From: Desulfospira joergensenii DSM 10085
GTDB taxonomy: Bacteria > Desulfobacterota > Desulfobacteria > Desulfobacterales > Desulfobacteraceae
DNA length: 32,000 bases
Direction of reading: 5' to 3'
Assembly: GCF_000420085.1 (NCBI RefSeq)
Contig: NZ_ATUG01000001.1
Coordinates: 1,479,223-1,511,222 of the forward strand
Under the pieces are notes generated by a model that was not told the origin of the DNA, searched no databases, and saw nothing but the letters and a program-made list of their open reading frames with translations. Positions 1 to 7,599 of the stretch are shown piece after piece; within the stretch, counting starts at the first letter, position 1, and each line of letters opens with the position of its first letter. The translations under genes were made by a program, and so were the position numbers.

Positions 1-50
1 CTTTAAGGATGTTAAGTCGTATAAAAGAAGAAAACGCTGGATGTAAAGAT

Positions 51-111
51 GTTTGGTCTAAAATTCACCCATCTGCGGCGTTGCCGCAGATGGGCAAAGT
101 TTAGACCAAAC
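51..111. other. Long compound hairpin (two perfect 12-bp arm pairs)
   Basis: GTTTGGTCTAAA (51-62) is the reverse complement of TTTAGACCAAAC (100-111). CCCATCTGCGGC (68-79) is the reverse complement of GCCGCAGATGGG (83-94). The apex is 3 nt and there is a small asymmetric internal loop. No U-tract follows on the + strand. Confidence 0.6.
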
Positions 112-158
112 AGAGAAAACCGATCAATGAACGGGAAAACTATATTCTGGAGTAAGCT

Positions 159-1061
159 ATGAAAATTTTGGTTGGATATGACGGCGGAGAAGAGGGCAGG
201 ATGGCCTTGTCCCTGGCAAGGGATATTGCGGGATTTCATCTCGCCTTTGTCTATGTGGTCACCTCCATGCAGGGGGGATCCTCTGAAAAGCAGGCCGACA
301 TTGAAAAGGCTGAGAAAGGTCTGGACTTTGCCCGGCGGCTCATGGAGAACTCCGGGATTCAATGTGAATGCCTCCAAAGCGTCCGGGGGCTTTCCGCCGG
401 AGAAGACCTGGTCAAATTTGCCCGGGAAAACGATATTGACCATATTTTCCTGGGGATCCGGAAAAAATCCCGCGCCCAGAAAGCCCTCCTGGGCTCCACG
501 GCCCGGTACGTGATCCTCAAGGCTCACTGCCCGGTGACCTCGGTAAAATTTGATGTGGATGCCGTGCCTTCCGACAAGCTCTTGAGGGATCGCAGGATCC
601 TGGTGGTGGATGACGAACCCGACATCCTGGAAACCATTGAAGAGCTTCTGGACATGTGCACCCTGGAAATGGCCTCATCCTTTGAAGAGGCCAGAAAGCT
701 TCTTGAGAAAAACATCTACGACACGGCCATCCTGGACATCATGGGGGTCAGCGGATATGACATCCTCACCCTGGCCCGGGAAAAAGAGGTTCCGGCCCTC
801 ATGCTCACGGCCCATGCCCTGACCCCGGAAAATTTAAAAGAATCCATTTCCAAGGGGGCGGACGCCTATATTCCCAAGGATGAACTGGCCAATCTCTCCG
901 ACCATGTGGCCGACGTCATCCGGACAAGGATCCAGGGCAAACAGGGATACGGAGCCTGGTTTTCCAAGCTCAAGCCCTTTTTTGACAAGTCCTTTGGCAA
1001 GGGATGGCAGGACAAGGACCGGCAGTTCTGGAACAGCTTCAACGATAAATACGGGAAATAG
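159..1061 (+). CDS. Universal stress protein (UspA) domain fused to a CheY-like receiver domain; no recognisable output domain
   Basis: The N-terminal ~135 aa look USP-like (KILVGYDGGEEG..., LLGSTARYVILKAHCPV). The receiver follows (RILVVDDEPDILE, acceptor Asp in AILDIMG, LTAH, IPKD). GGAG lies 8 nt upstream of the ATG. Confidence 0.85.
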   Translation: MKILVGYDGGEEGRMALSLARDIAGFHLAFVYVVTSMQGGSSEKQADIEKAEKGLDFARRLMENSGIQCECLQSVRGLSAGEDLVKFARENDIDHIFLGIRKKSRAQKALLGSTARYVILKAHCPVTSVKFDVDAVPSDKLLRDRRILVVDDEPDILETIEELLDMCTLEMASSFEEARKLLEKNIYDTAILDIMGVSGYDILTLAREKEVPALMLTAHALTPENLKESISKGADAYIPKDELANLSDHVADVIRTRIQGKQGYGAWFSKLKPFFDKSFGKGWQDKDRQFWNSFNDKYGK

Positions 1062-1314
1062 GGCAGAAAAACTTCACCTAAACCCGGGACTTCGATGGTT
1101 CGACGGCATTTTGGGCAGGCTAAGCTGTCGATTTTGTAATTGGGCTTGTCCACTACAAAAGAAATCAACACAATTCCGGTTGATCCCTAAAAGTCAACAA
1201 AATAGACGGAATCAAGACCAAGCATGCGCTTTTTTTTCAGCAACCTTTCTGAAATAAGATCTATCCTTTAATCACTCTTTTCTTCACGGTTTCTTCATAA
1301 TAGTGGTGCTATTT

Positions 1315-1334
1315 TGTCCACTAATGTCCACTAA
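1315..1334 (+). promoter_or_regulatory. Perfect tandem 10-bp direct repeat TGTCCACTAA x2; candidate OmpR/PhoB-family response-regulator box
   Basis: TGTCCACTAA occurs at 1315-1324 and 1325-1334. A third near-copy, TGTCCACTAC, is at 1147-1156, and an inverted partial copy TAGTGG is at 1301-1306. The tandem sits about 12 nt upstream of a weak -10-like TATGAA (1347-1352) and 45 nt upstream of the ATG at 1379. Confidence 0.45.
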
Positions 1335-1378
1335 AATGTGTACCCATATGAAGAGAAGGCTTGAGAGTGAAGTATTAT

Positions 1379-2152
1379 ATGACCGGCCAACATCCGGCAA
1401 AGGGATTTTATCCAAAAACAGATCCCTCTTTATCCATGCGATTCCGATTTTTTCCATCCACAGGTCTATGGATGACGGTGCTCCCTGTATCTATTCTTGC
1501 TGTTGCAATTATTCTTGAATACAGCGGACTGGATATCTGGTGGGAGTCAATCTTTTTTGATGCCTCAAGCAGTTCCTGGCCCTATCGTGATCAATGGCTC
1601 TTTGAGAAGGTGATTCATGAAGGGGGAAGGTTTTTCAATATCCTTACCGCCGGGATCTGGGTCATGGGTTTTGTTGCTGCTTTTCTGCATAAGCCTTCCA
1701 AAAAATATCGAAGACCCTTACTCTATTTTCTGATCGCCGCTGCCGCAGGTCCGGTTATCGTCGGCATCATCAAACAGACAACCCATATTTACACCCCATG
1801 GGATATCATCCCTTTTTCCGGTTCTCTTCCCTATATCCGTTTGTTTGACCCTGTCCCAAACGGTCTTCCTGTGGGACAGGCTTTCCCCGCAGGGCATGCC
1901 TCCGGCGGGTATGCTTTTTTCAGCCTTTATTTTTTATTTTATCACCTAGGATTTCCCCCTAAAAAATACGGTCTTGCTGTCGGATTGTTCCTGGGGACCA
2001 TTTACGGATTCGGCCAGCAGGCCAGAGGTGCCCATTTTCCCAGTCACGACCTGTTTTCCTTGGTCATCTGCTGGTATTCCGCATTTTTTATCTATTATTT
2101 GTTTTATCCCAAACAATGGAGAGGATTGTTCAATGATTCCTGCAATTTTTAA
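1379..2152 (+). CDS. PAP2-family (type 2 phosphatidic acid/lipid phosphatase) membrane protein
   Basis: Multi-TM protein with PAP2 motifs PAGHASGG and ARGAHFPSHD. The track starts at a TTG (1361). I prefer the ATG at 1379, which has GAGAGTGAAG upstream; the ATG at 1436 is also possible. The stop overlaps the next gene's start by 20 nt. Confidence 0.8.
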   Translation: MTGQHPAKGFYPKTDPSLSMRFRFFPSTGLWMTVLPVSILAVAIILEYSGLDIWWESIFFDASSSSWPYRDQWLFEKVIHEGGRFFNILTAGIWVMGFVAAFLHKPSKKYRRPLLYFLIAAAAGPVIVGIIKQTTHIYTPWDIIPFSGSLPYIRLFDPVPNGLPVGQAFPAGHASGGYAFFSLYFLFYHLGFPPKKYGLAVGLFLGTIYGFGQQARGAHFPSHDLFSLVICWYSAFFIYYLFYPKQWRGLFNDSCNF

Positions 2153-4184
2153 AACTCCCAAGACACGGTTTACCCTAATATTCATGCTGTCCGCGATCAC
2201 CCTTATCGGTTTTGCCTTGATGAGGGGTGTTCTGCTGATTCGGGCCCGGCCTTTTATCGATGACCTGACATCCGACTGGGTTTATATTTTCGGCCAGGGA
2301 TTGATCTATGACATCTCCTTTATCAGTTATTTTTTTATCCCTTTTGTCCTTTTCTTTCTGATCCTGCCCAATAAATGGCTGAGCAGTAAAATAATCAAGT
2401 ATCTGGTCCAGGCCGGATCCTTCCTGGTTCTCTACGGGCTTGGATTCTGCATGGTTGCTGAATGGTGCTTCTGGAGCGAATTTGGTGTCAGGTTCAATTT
2501 TATCTCCGTGGACTACCTGGTCTACAGGAGAGAAGTCACAGACAATATATTGCAATCCTACCCGGTGTTTTTTATCCTGCCGTGTCTTCTCATTCTCACG
2601 GGCTTTGTATTCTATCTTATCCGTCCTGCAATCTTAGGGTCTCTTACCCTAGAGGAGTCCTTTAAAAAACGAACGATAATTGCCGGATTGCTCCTGACGC
2701 TTCCGTTGATCTCCTTTTTCGGAATCAATCAGTCCCAGAGACGCTTTTCCGACAACAACTATGTGAATGAACTGGCATCCAACGGCCCTTACCAGCTCTT
2801 TGCCGCTTTCCGGAACAATCGGCTGGATTACCGGCAATTCTACGCAACTGAGAACGATTATGACCTTTCAAAATGCCTAAAAAAACAGGTCCAAGAGGAA
2901 GGCAGAATGTCCGGCGAGGATACCTATAATATCGGCAGATACATCAAGGCTCCAGGCCCCGCCAAAAAACTGAATGTGATGCTGATTTCCGTGGAAAGTT
3001 TGAGCGCAAAATTTTTGACCCGGTTCGGACAACAAGAAGACATCACCCCGTTCATGGATCGATGGTTCAGGCAGGGACTACTTTTTACCAATTTTTATGC
3101 CACCGGGACCCGGACCACCAGAGGCCTTGAAGCTATCACCCTGTCCATCCCGCCCACACCGGGCCGATCCATTGTCAAGCGCCCGGACAACAATCGGATG
3201 TACAGCCTGGGCAAAGTATTCAAAGACTTGGGATACGACACGGCCTTCCTATACGGGGGAAGAGGTTTTTTCGACAACATGAATGCTTTTTTCTCGGGAA
3301 ACGGCTATCGGATTGTGGATCAGTCCCGCTTGAGCAGCAGGGAGACCACATTTAAGAATGCATGGGGCGTGTGCGACGAGGATATATATAACCGGGCCAT
3401 CCGTGAGGCCAACCGTGCACACAGGACCCAAAAACCCTTTTTCTTTCACATCATGACGACCAGCAACCACCAGCCTTTTACCTTTCCTGGGGGCAAAATA
3501 GATCTGGCACCCGGAGAAGGCAAGGGAGGCAGCGGACGTTCCGGCGGGGTAAAATATACCGATTATGCCCTAAAGCAGTTGATAAAGCAGGCAAAGAAGC
3601 AACCCTGGTTTGAGGATACGGTATTTGTGGTCGTGGCGGATCATTGCGCTGGCAGCGCCGGGAAATTAGGCCTGCCGGTTGAAAAATACCATATCCCGCT
3701 GTTTATCTATTCGCCAAAACATATACTTCCCAAAGAGGCACAGGCCCTTTCCAGCCAAATTGACCTTGCCCCCACTCTGCTGGCCTTGTTGAACTTCTCC
3801 TATGAAAGCTTCTTTTTCGGTAAGGATATTCTCTCTCCTGACTTTAAAGGCCGGGCCCTGATCGCCAACTACCAGAAGCTGGGACTGTTAAAAAAAAAGG
3901 AGCTGCTCTTTTTATCTCCTGGAAAGGAAATTACCCGGATGGTGCTGGGTGATCCGGTCCTTGAAAGGGTATCCGGGGATTATCCCGGAGTCAGGGAACT
4001 GATGGCATATTACCAGGGGGCGGACTATGTATTCACCCATCGGTTAAACCGGTGGGCCGAGTCTTCAGGCCATTTGGTTCAAAACAAGGCTTCTTCCCCG
4101 AACCGATATATGAAAAAGAAGACCGGTATAGAGAACATTCTCAAGGCGGCCGGATATTTTATTTTATTCTCTGACAGGACTTAA
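2133..4184 (+). CDS. LTA synthase / phosphoglycerol-transferase-like sulfatase-domain membrane protein (alkaline phosphatase superfamily)
   Basis: Five N-terminal TM helices are followed by a sulfatase-type domain (MLISVESLSAKF, GTRTTRGLEAITLS, MTTSNHQPF, VVVADHCAGS). The track ORF (1974) includes an N-terminal extension that reads through the PAP2 gene. The ATG at 2133 (MIPAIFKTPK...) begins the first TM helix. Confidence 0.85.
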   Translation: MIPAIFKTPKTRFTLIFMLSAITLIGFALMRGVLLIRARPFIDDLTSDWVYIFGQGLIYDISFISYFFIPFVLFFLILPNKWLSSKIIKYLVQAGSFLVLYGLGFCMVAEWCFWSEFGVRFNFISVDYLVYRREVTDNILQSYPVFFILPCLLILTGFVFYLIRPAILGSLTLEESFKKRTIIAGLLLTLPLISFFGINQSQRRFSDNNYVNELASNGPYQLFAAFRNNRLDYRQFYATENDYDLSKCLKKQVQEEGRMSGEDTYNIGRYIKAPGPAKKLNVMLISVESLSAKFLTRFGQQEDITPFMDRWFRQGLLFTNFYATGTRTTRGLEAITLSIPPTPGRSIVKRPDNNRMYSLGKVFKDLGYDTAFLYGGRGFFDNMNAFFSGNGYRIVDQSRLSSRETTFKNAWGVCDEDIYNRAIREANRAHRTQKPFFFHIMTTSNHQPFTFPGGKIDLAPGEGKGGSGRSGGVKYTDYALKQLIKQAKKQPWFEDTVFVVVADHCAGSAGKLGLPVEKYHIPLFIYSPKHILPKEAQALSSQIDLAPTLLALLNFSYESFFFGKDILSPDFKGRALIANYQKLGLLKKKELLFLSPGKEITRMVLGDPVLERVSGDYPGVRELMAYYQGADYVFTHRLNRWAESSGHLVQNKASSPNRYMKKKTGIENILKAAGYFILFSDRT

Positions 4185-4334
4185 GGGCGCTTGAATTCCA
4201 GAATCGGCCTTCCGGCAGGAGATGATGGGTTTTCTATTGTAATGGTATGGCCCCTTATTCTTATATAAAATTTGTTATTTGGCCGATATCCGGGTATTCT
4301 CAAACCAGAATACCGCATATGGAAAAATCTTGAG

Positions 4335-5006
4335 ATGAACATATTAATCGTTGATGATGATACAGGGCTGCTGGATCAATTGAGAACTGCCCTGAAAAGA
4401 AAGCATTATGGGGTGGACACTGCTGAAAACGGAGAGCAGGCCCTGGACAAGATATTTGACCTGCCCTATGACCTGATCCTCTTGGATATCATGCTTCCCC
4501 GCATGGACGGGTTGACTGTCCTCAAAGAGGTCCGTGACGCCGGGATGGATATGCCCATACTCATGCTCACGGCAAGAAGTGATGTCCAGGATAGGGTCAA
4601 AGGCCTGGACCATGGTGCGGACGACTATCTTGCCAAGCCCTTTTCCATGGCCGAGCTGATGGCTCGAATCCGGGCGATGCTGAGAAGAAAAGGGAACCGG
4701 AATCCAATTCTCGAAGCCGGGCCGGTCTGTCTGGATACGGTTAAGCGAAAAGTAACCCTGAATGGAGAGGAAGTCCATCTGACAGCGAAAGAATTTTCAA
4801 TCCTTGAATTTCTTTTACATAACAGGGGCAGTGCCGTATCACGGTTCAACCTGGCCGAACATATATGGGGAGAGGAGTTCGACCCTTTTTCAATGTCCAA
4901 CTATGTGGATGTTCATATCAAAAACCTGAGAAAAAAAATGACACCCCATGGAGATGCCCCCATTATTAAAACCATCCGGGGCATTGGGTTTATCATTGAA
5001 GAATAG
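4335..5006 (+). CDS. OmpR/PhoB-family DNA-binding response regulator
   Basis: MNILIVDDD..., acceptor Asp in LILLDIMLPRMDG, LMLTAR, and a winged-helix C-terminus (LTAKEFSILEFLL..., IKTIRGIGF). The track start at 4272 is a TTG; the ATG at 4335 gives the canonical N-terminus. Confidence 0.9.
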   Translation: MNILIVDDDTGLLDQLRTALKRKHYGVDTAENGEQALDKIFDLPYDLILLDIMLPRMDGLTVLKEVRDAGMDMPILMLTARSDVQDRVKGLDHGADDYLAKPFSMAELMARIRAMLRRKGNRNPILEAGPVCLDTVKRKVTLNGEEVHLTAKEFSILEFLLHNRGSAVSRFNLAEHIWGEEFDPFSMSNYVDVHIKNLRKKMTPHGDAPIIKTIRGIGFIIEE

Positions 5007-5008
5007 GC

Positions 5009-6400
5009 ATGAAAATCCGTAAAAAAATAACCCTCTGGATTTCCGGAACAGCCCTTTTGTCAACCATTGTATTCTCATCCATTATTTTCTGGGAATTGAC
5101 GGAAGAGCCTTTCAAACTGATCGACAAGGAAATCCAGCATATGGCACTTGTTCTGGCTGGCAGGATAAAGGATGCCGGGAGTTTGGGAGATACTTTTGAC
5201 TTGAACGGCATGCCCTATGACCCGGACGATTACTGGATCAGGGTCAAAAATGATCAGGGTCAGGTGCTCTACCAATCCAAACTTACGGAGTTTGCCGATC
5301 TTTTTGTCCCCAATGGTAAATCCAGGTACCTGATCGAAAAACATATTCCAAGATCCAGAATTTGGTTAAGACAGGACAGCAAGGATGACGTATTGTTTAG
5401 AGTCATGGTCGTACGTGAGCAGGTCAGCGGCCGTCCTGTAGAAATCCGTATTGCAAAACCCATTGAAGACCTTGAAGAAGAATTGATAGATCTTGCTGTT
5501 TATATTGGGATCAGCCTTTCTTTTTGTGCGCTGACCATTTTTATTCTGAGCTATGCTCTGGCCGGACGGATATTAAGGCCGATTTCATCCATTATCAATC
5601 AATCAAAGGAAATCAGCGAAAAATCCCTGGATAAACGAATCCCCCTGGAAAAAACCCAGGATGAACTCTATGATCTCTCTGTTGCTTTGAACAGGATGTT
5701 TGACAGAATCCAGCATTCCTTTAATCAACAGAAAGAATTTATCGGGAATGCATCCCATGAATTAAAAAGCCCGATCACCCTCTTAATGCTGGCCCAGGAA
5801 GATATGTTGATGAGTGAAAATTTATCCTCTTCCGCAGAAGACAGTTTGATGAAGCAGCTCGAGACAAGCCGCCGTATGAGCCATTTGGTGAAAAACCTGC
5901 TGGATCTTTCAAGGCTGGAACAGCGGGATGTTTTATACACAGATCGGGTGGACCTGGCCGCACTGGCTGAAAGGGTTCTCAAGGATTATAGCGATGTGAT
6001 GGCCGAAAAACAGATTTCCGTCCAAAATCAGATGAATGAGCCCTGTCCTGTTATCGGTGATCCGGAAAAACTATTTCGCCTCTTTGTCAATCTCATTGAT
6101 AATGCCATCCGGTACAACCTTCCCACCCAGGGGACTATAAAAATCATGGCAATGAAATCCGAAACAGAGGTCTGTGTTGAAATTTTAAATTCAGGTCATG
6201 AAATTCCGGAGCAAGACCTCTCCCGTTTGTTCGAGCAGTTTTACCGGGTTGAGAAATCCAGGGCCCAAGCTTTTGGAGGATCAGGGCTGGGTCTGGCGAT
6301 TGCTCAAAAAATCGTCCGTCTTCATCATGGCAGAATCGCCATTACCAATGGGCCGGGTCAGATGATACAAACAACGGTTTGGCTTCCGGTAAAGGGCTGA
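5009..6400 (+). CDS. Sensor histidine kinase (two TM helices, periplasmic loop, HAMP, HisKA, HATPase_c)
   Basis: H-box GNASHELKSPIT, N-box NLIDNAIRY, G-box GGSGLGLAIA. The ATG lies 2 nt after the response-regulator stop, which indicates translational coupling. Confidence 0.9.
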   Translation: MKIRKKITLWISGTALLSTIVFSSIIFWELTEEPFKLIDKEIQHMALVLAGRIKDAGSLGDTFDLNGMPYDPDDYWIRVKNDQGQVLYQSKLTEFADLFVPNGKSRYLIEKHIPRSRIWLRQDSKDDVLFRVMVVREQVSGRPVEIRIAKPIEDLEEELIDLAVYIGISLSFCALTIFILSYALAGRILRPISSIINQSKEISEKSLDKRIPLEKTQDELYDLSVALNRMFDRIQHSFNQQKEFIGNASHELKSPITLLMLAQEDMLMSENLSSSAEDSLMKQLETSRRMSHLVKNLLDLSRLEQRDVLYTDRVDLAALAERVLKDYSDVMAEKQISVQNQMNEPCPVIGDPEKLFRLFVNLIDNAIRYNLPTQGTIKIMAMKSETEVCVEILNSGHEIPEQDLSRLFEQFYRVEKSRAQAFGGSGLGLAIAQKIVRLHHGRIAITNGPGQMIQTTVWLPVKG

Positions 6401-6417
6401 TCAACTTCAAAAAGCAC

Positions 6418-7053
6418 TCAATAAACCGCCCATGAAGCAGTGAAAAATCCTGTTTCTCTCAGGCCTTCTATGACTTCAAGAATTCCCACGATCCATACAA
6501 ACCACAGCGCGCTGAATATGTGAATCCGATACACAACCGGGTTTACCTGATAGGTTTCAGGTTCTTCAAATATTGAAATATCAGGGAAAAAAGCAGGGAC
6601 CTTTTGAGTATATTTTTCAAATACCGATCCAAAAATCGATCGGAGTCTTTTTTCTTCACTTTTTATCACAAATGGATAATAACTTGAGAATAATGCGACA
6701 AAGAGAATGGGGAAGGTTAGGGTTTCTGTACAAAAACCAATCCCCAGAACCCCTACCATACTGAAAAGATAAAGGGGATTTCTGCACAGAGAATACGGGC
6801 CTTTGGTAATCAATTGTTCATCTTTGTACCCGGCGACGTAAAGAGAACACCACATCCGTCCCAAAGAGGCAATCCCAACCAAGACGATGCCGGTAACAAA
6901 CAAAATGAAGGTGAATATTTCATTTTCATTTTCCCAGTGACTTTTGCATTCGCAGATAAAGAACAAAACCATGACAGCCACCATTCTTGAGATCATTATC
7001 CTGTGTTTTTCAACGTTAAAAGGCATTTTATAATTTATTCCGAATACAGCCAT
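6418..7053 (-). CDS. Isoprenylcysteine carboxyl methyltransferase (ICMT)/phospholipid methyltransferase-family membrane protein
   Basis: Polytopic membrane protein with the family motif GPYSLCRNPLYLFSMVGVLG and EEKRL. The start is uncertain, as several in-frame Met codons exist. Confidence 0.7.
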   Translation of the reverse strand: MAVFGINYKMPFNVEKHRIMISRMVAVMVLFFICECKSHWENENEIFTFILFVTGIVLVGIASLGRMWCSLYVAGYKDEQLITKGPYSLCRNPLYLFSMVGVLGIGFCTETLTFPILFVALFSSYYPFVIKSEEKRLRSIFGSVFEKYTQKVPAFFPDISIFEEPETYQVNPVVYRIHIFSALWFVWIVGILEVIEGLRETGFFTASWAVY

Positions 7054-7599
7054 GTGAAATTATCCTATGTGCTTGGAAGCATTTTCCCTTTTTGGTATTT
7101 TTCAACGAGATCCTATCGCACATAATATGAAGAAACCATGAAGAGGATAAAACAATCAAAACTTGACTAAACTGAGTTATATAAAAATAAGGGATTGGGA
7201 CGAATTGCTCATGAGAGGTATTATCGATCATAAGAGTCTGCTTGGAAATAAACTTCAATCACAAAACCAAGCTTGGGAGATCAGATTTTAAAAATTCTCC
7301 GGTATTCGCGAAGGAAATGGGACCAAGCCTTGATTTTATACTTTCTATATCCGGGGAAAAATTATTCTATAACTCAAAAATTAAGGATCCCCGTCCTTCA
7401 CTCGAAATAATTCATGCCGGCCATGGGATGCTTCCAGGCCTTCAGGCAATGGTCCGATATTAAATTAATCCATCCCGGCAATTGATTATTTCAGCCGAAA
7501 TTTTCTGCTTTCCAATGGTCTTGTTTTGGGCAGGGCGACAAGGATCACAGATCATAAAAAAGTTGTGAAACCCATTAAAATATTGTAGTTAACCTTCTC

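Noticed and set aside
12-527. 171-aa minus-strand ORF overlapping the start of the window
   Set aside because: It is fully antisense to the well-supported USP-receiver gene. It has no RBS and its composition is Gly/Pro/low-complexity. It is a typical shadow ORF.
1974-2132. N-terminal 53-codon extension of the LtaS-like ORF
   Set aside because: The extension reads through the 3' end of the PAP2 gene in another frame. The ATG at 2133 begins the first TM helix and gives a normal coupled overlap.
4293-4314. 8-bp hairpin GGTATTCT-N6-AGAATACC just upstream of the response-regulator gene
   Set aside because: It is short, has no U-tract, and its function is unassignable. It could be chance or a minor leader structure.
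7028-7463. 76-aa (minus) and 73-aa (plus) ORFs in the 546-bp AT-rich gap
   Set aside because: Neither has an RBS or family motifs. In AT-rich intergenic DNA, ORFs of this length are weak evidence. A TTGACT...TATATA pair near 7162-7185 has the wrong spacing for a promoter.
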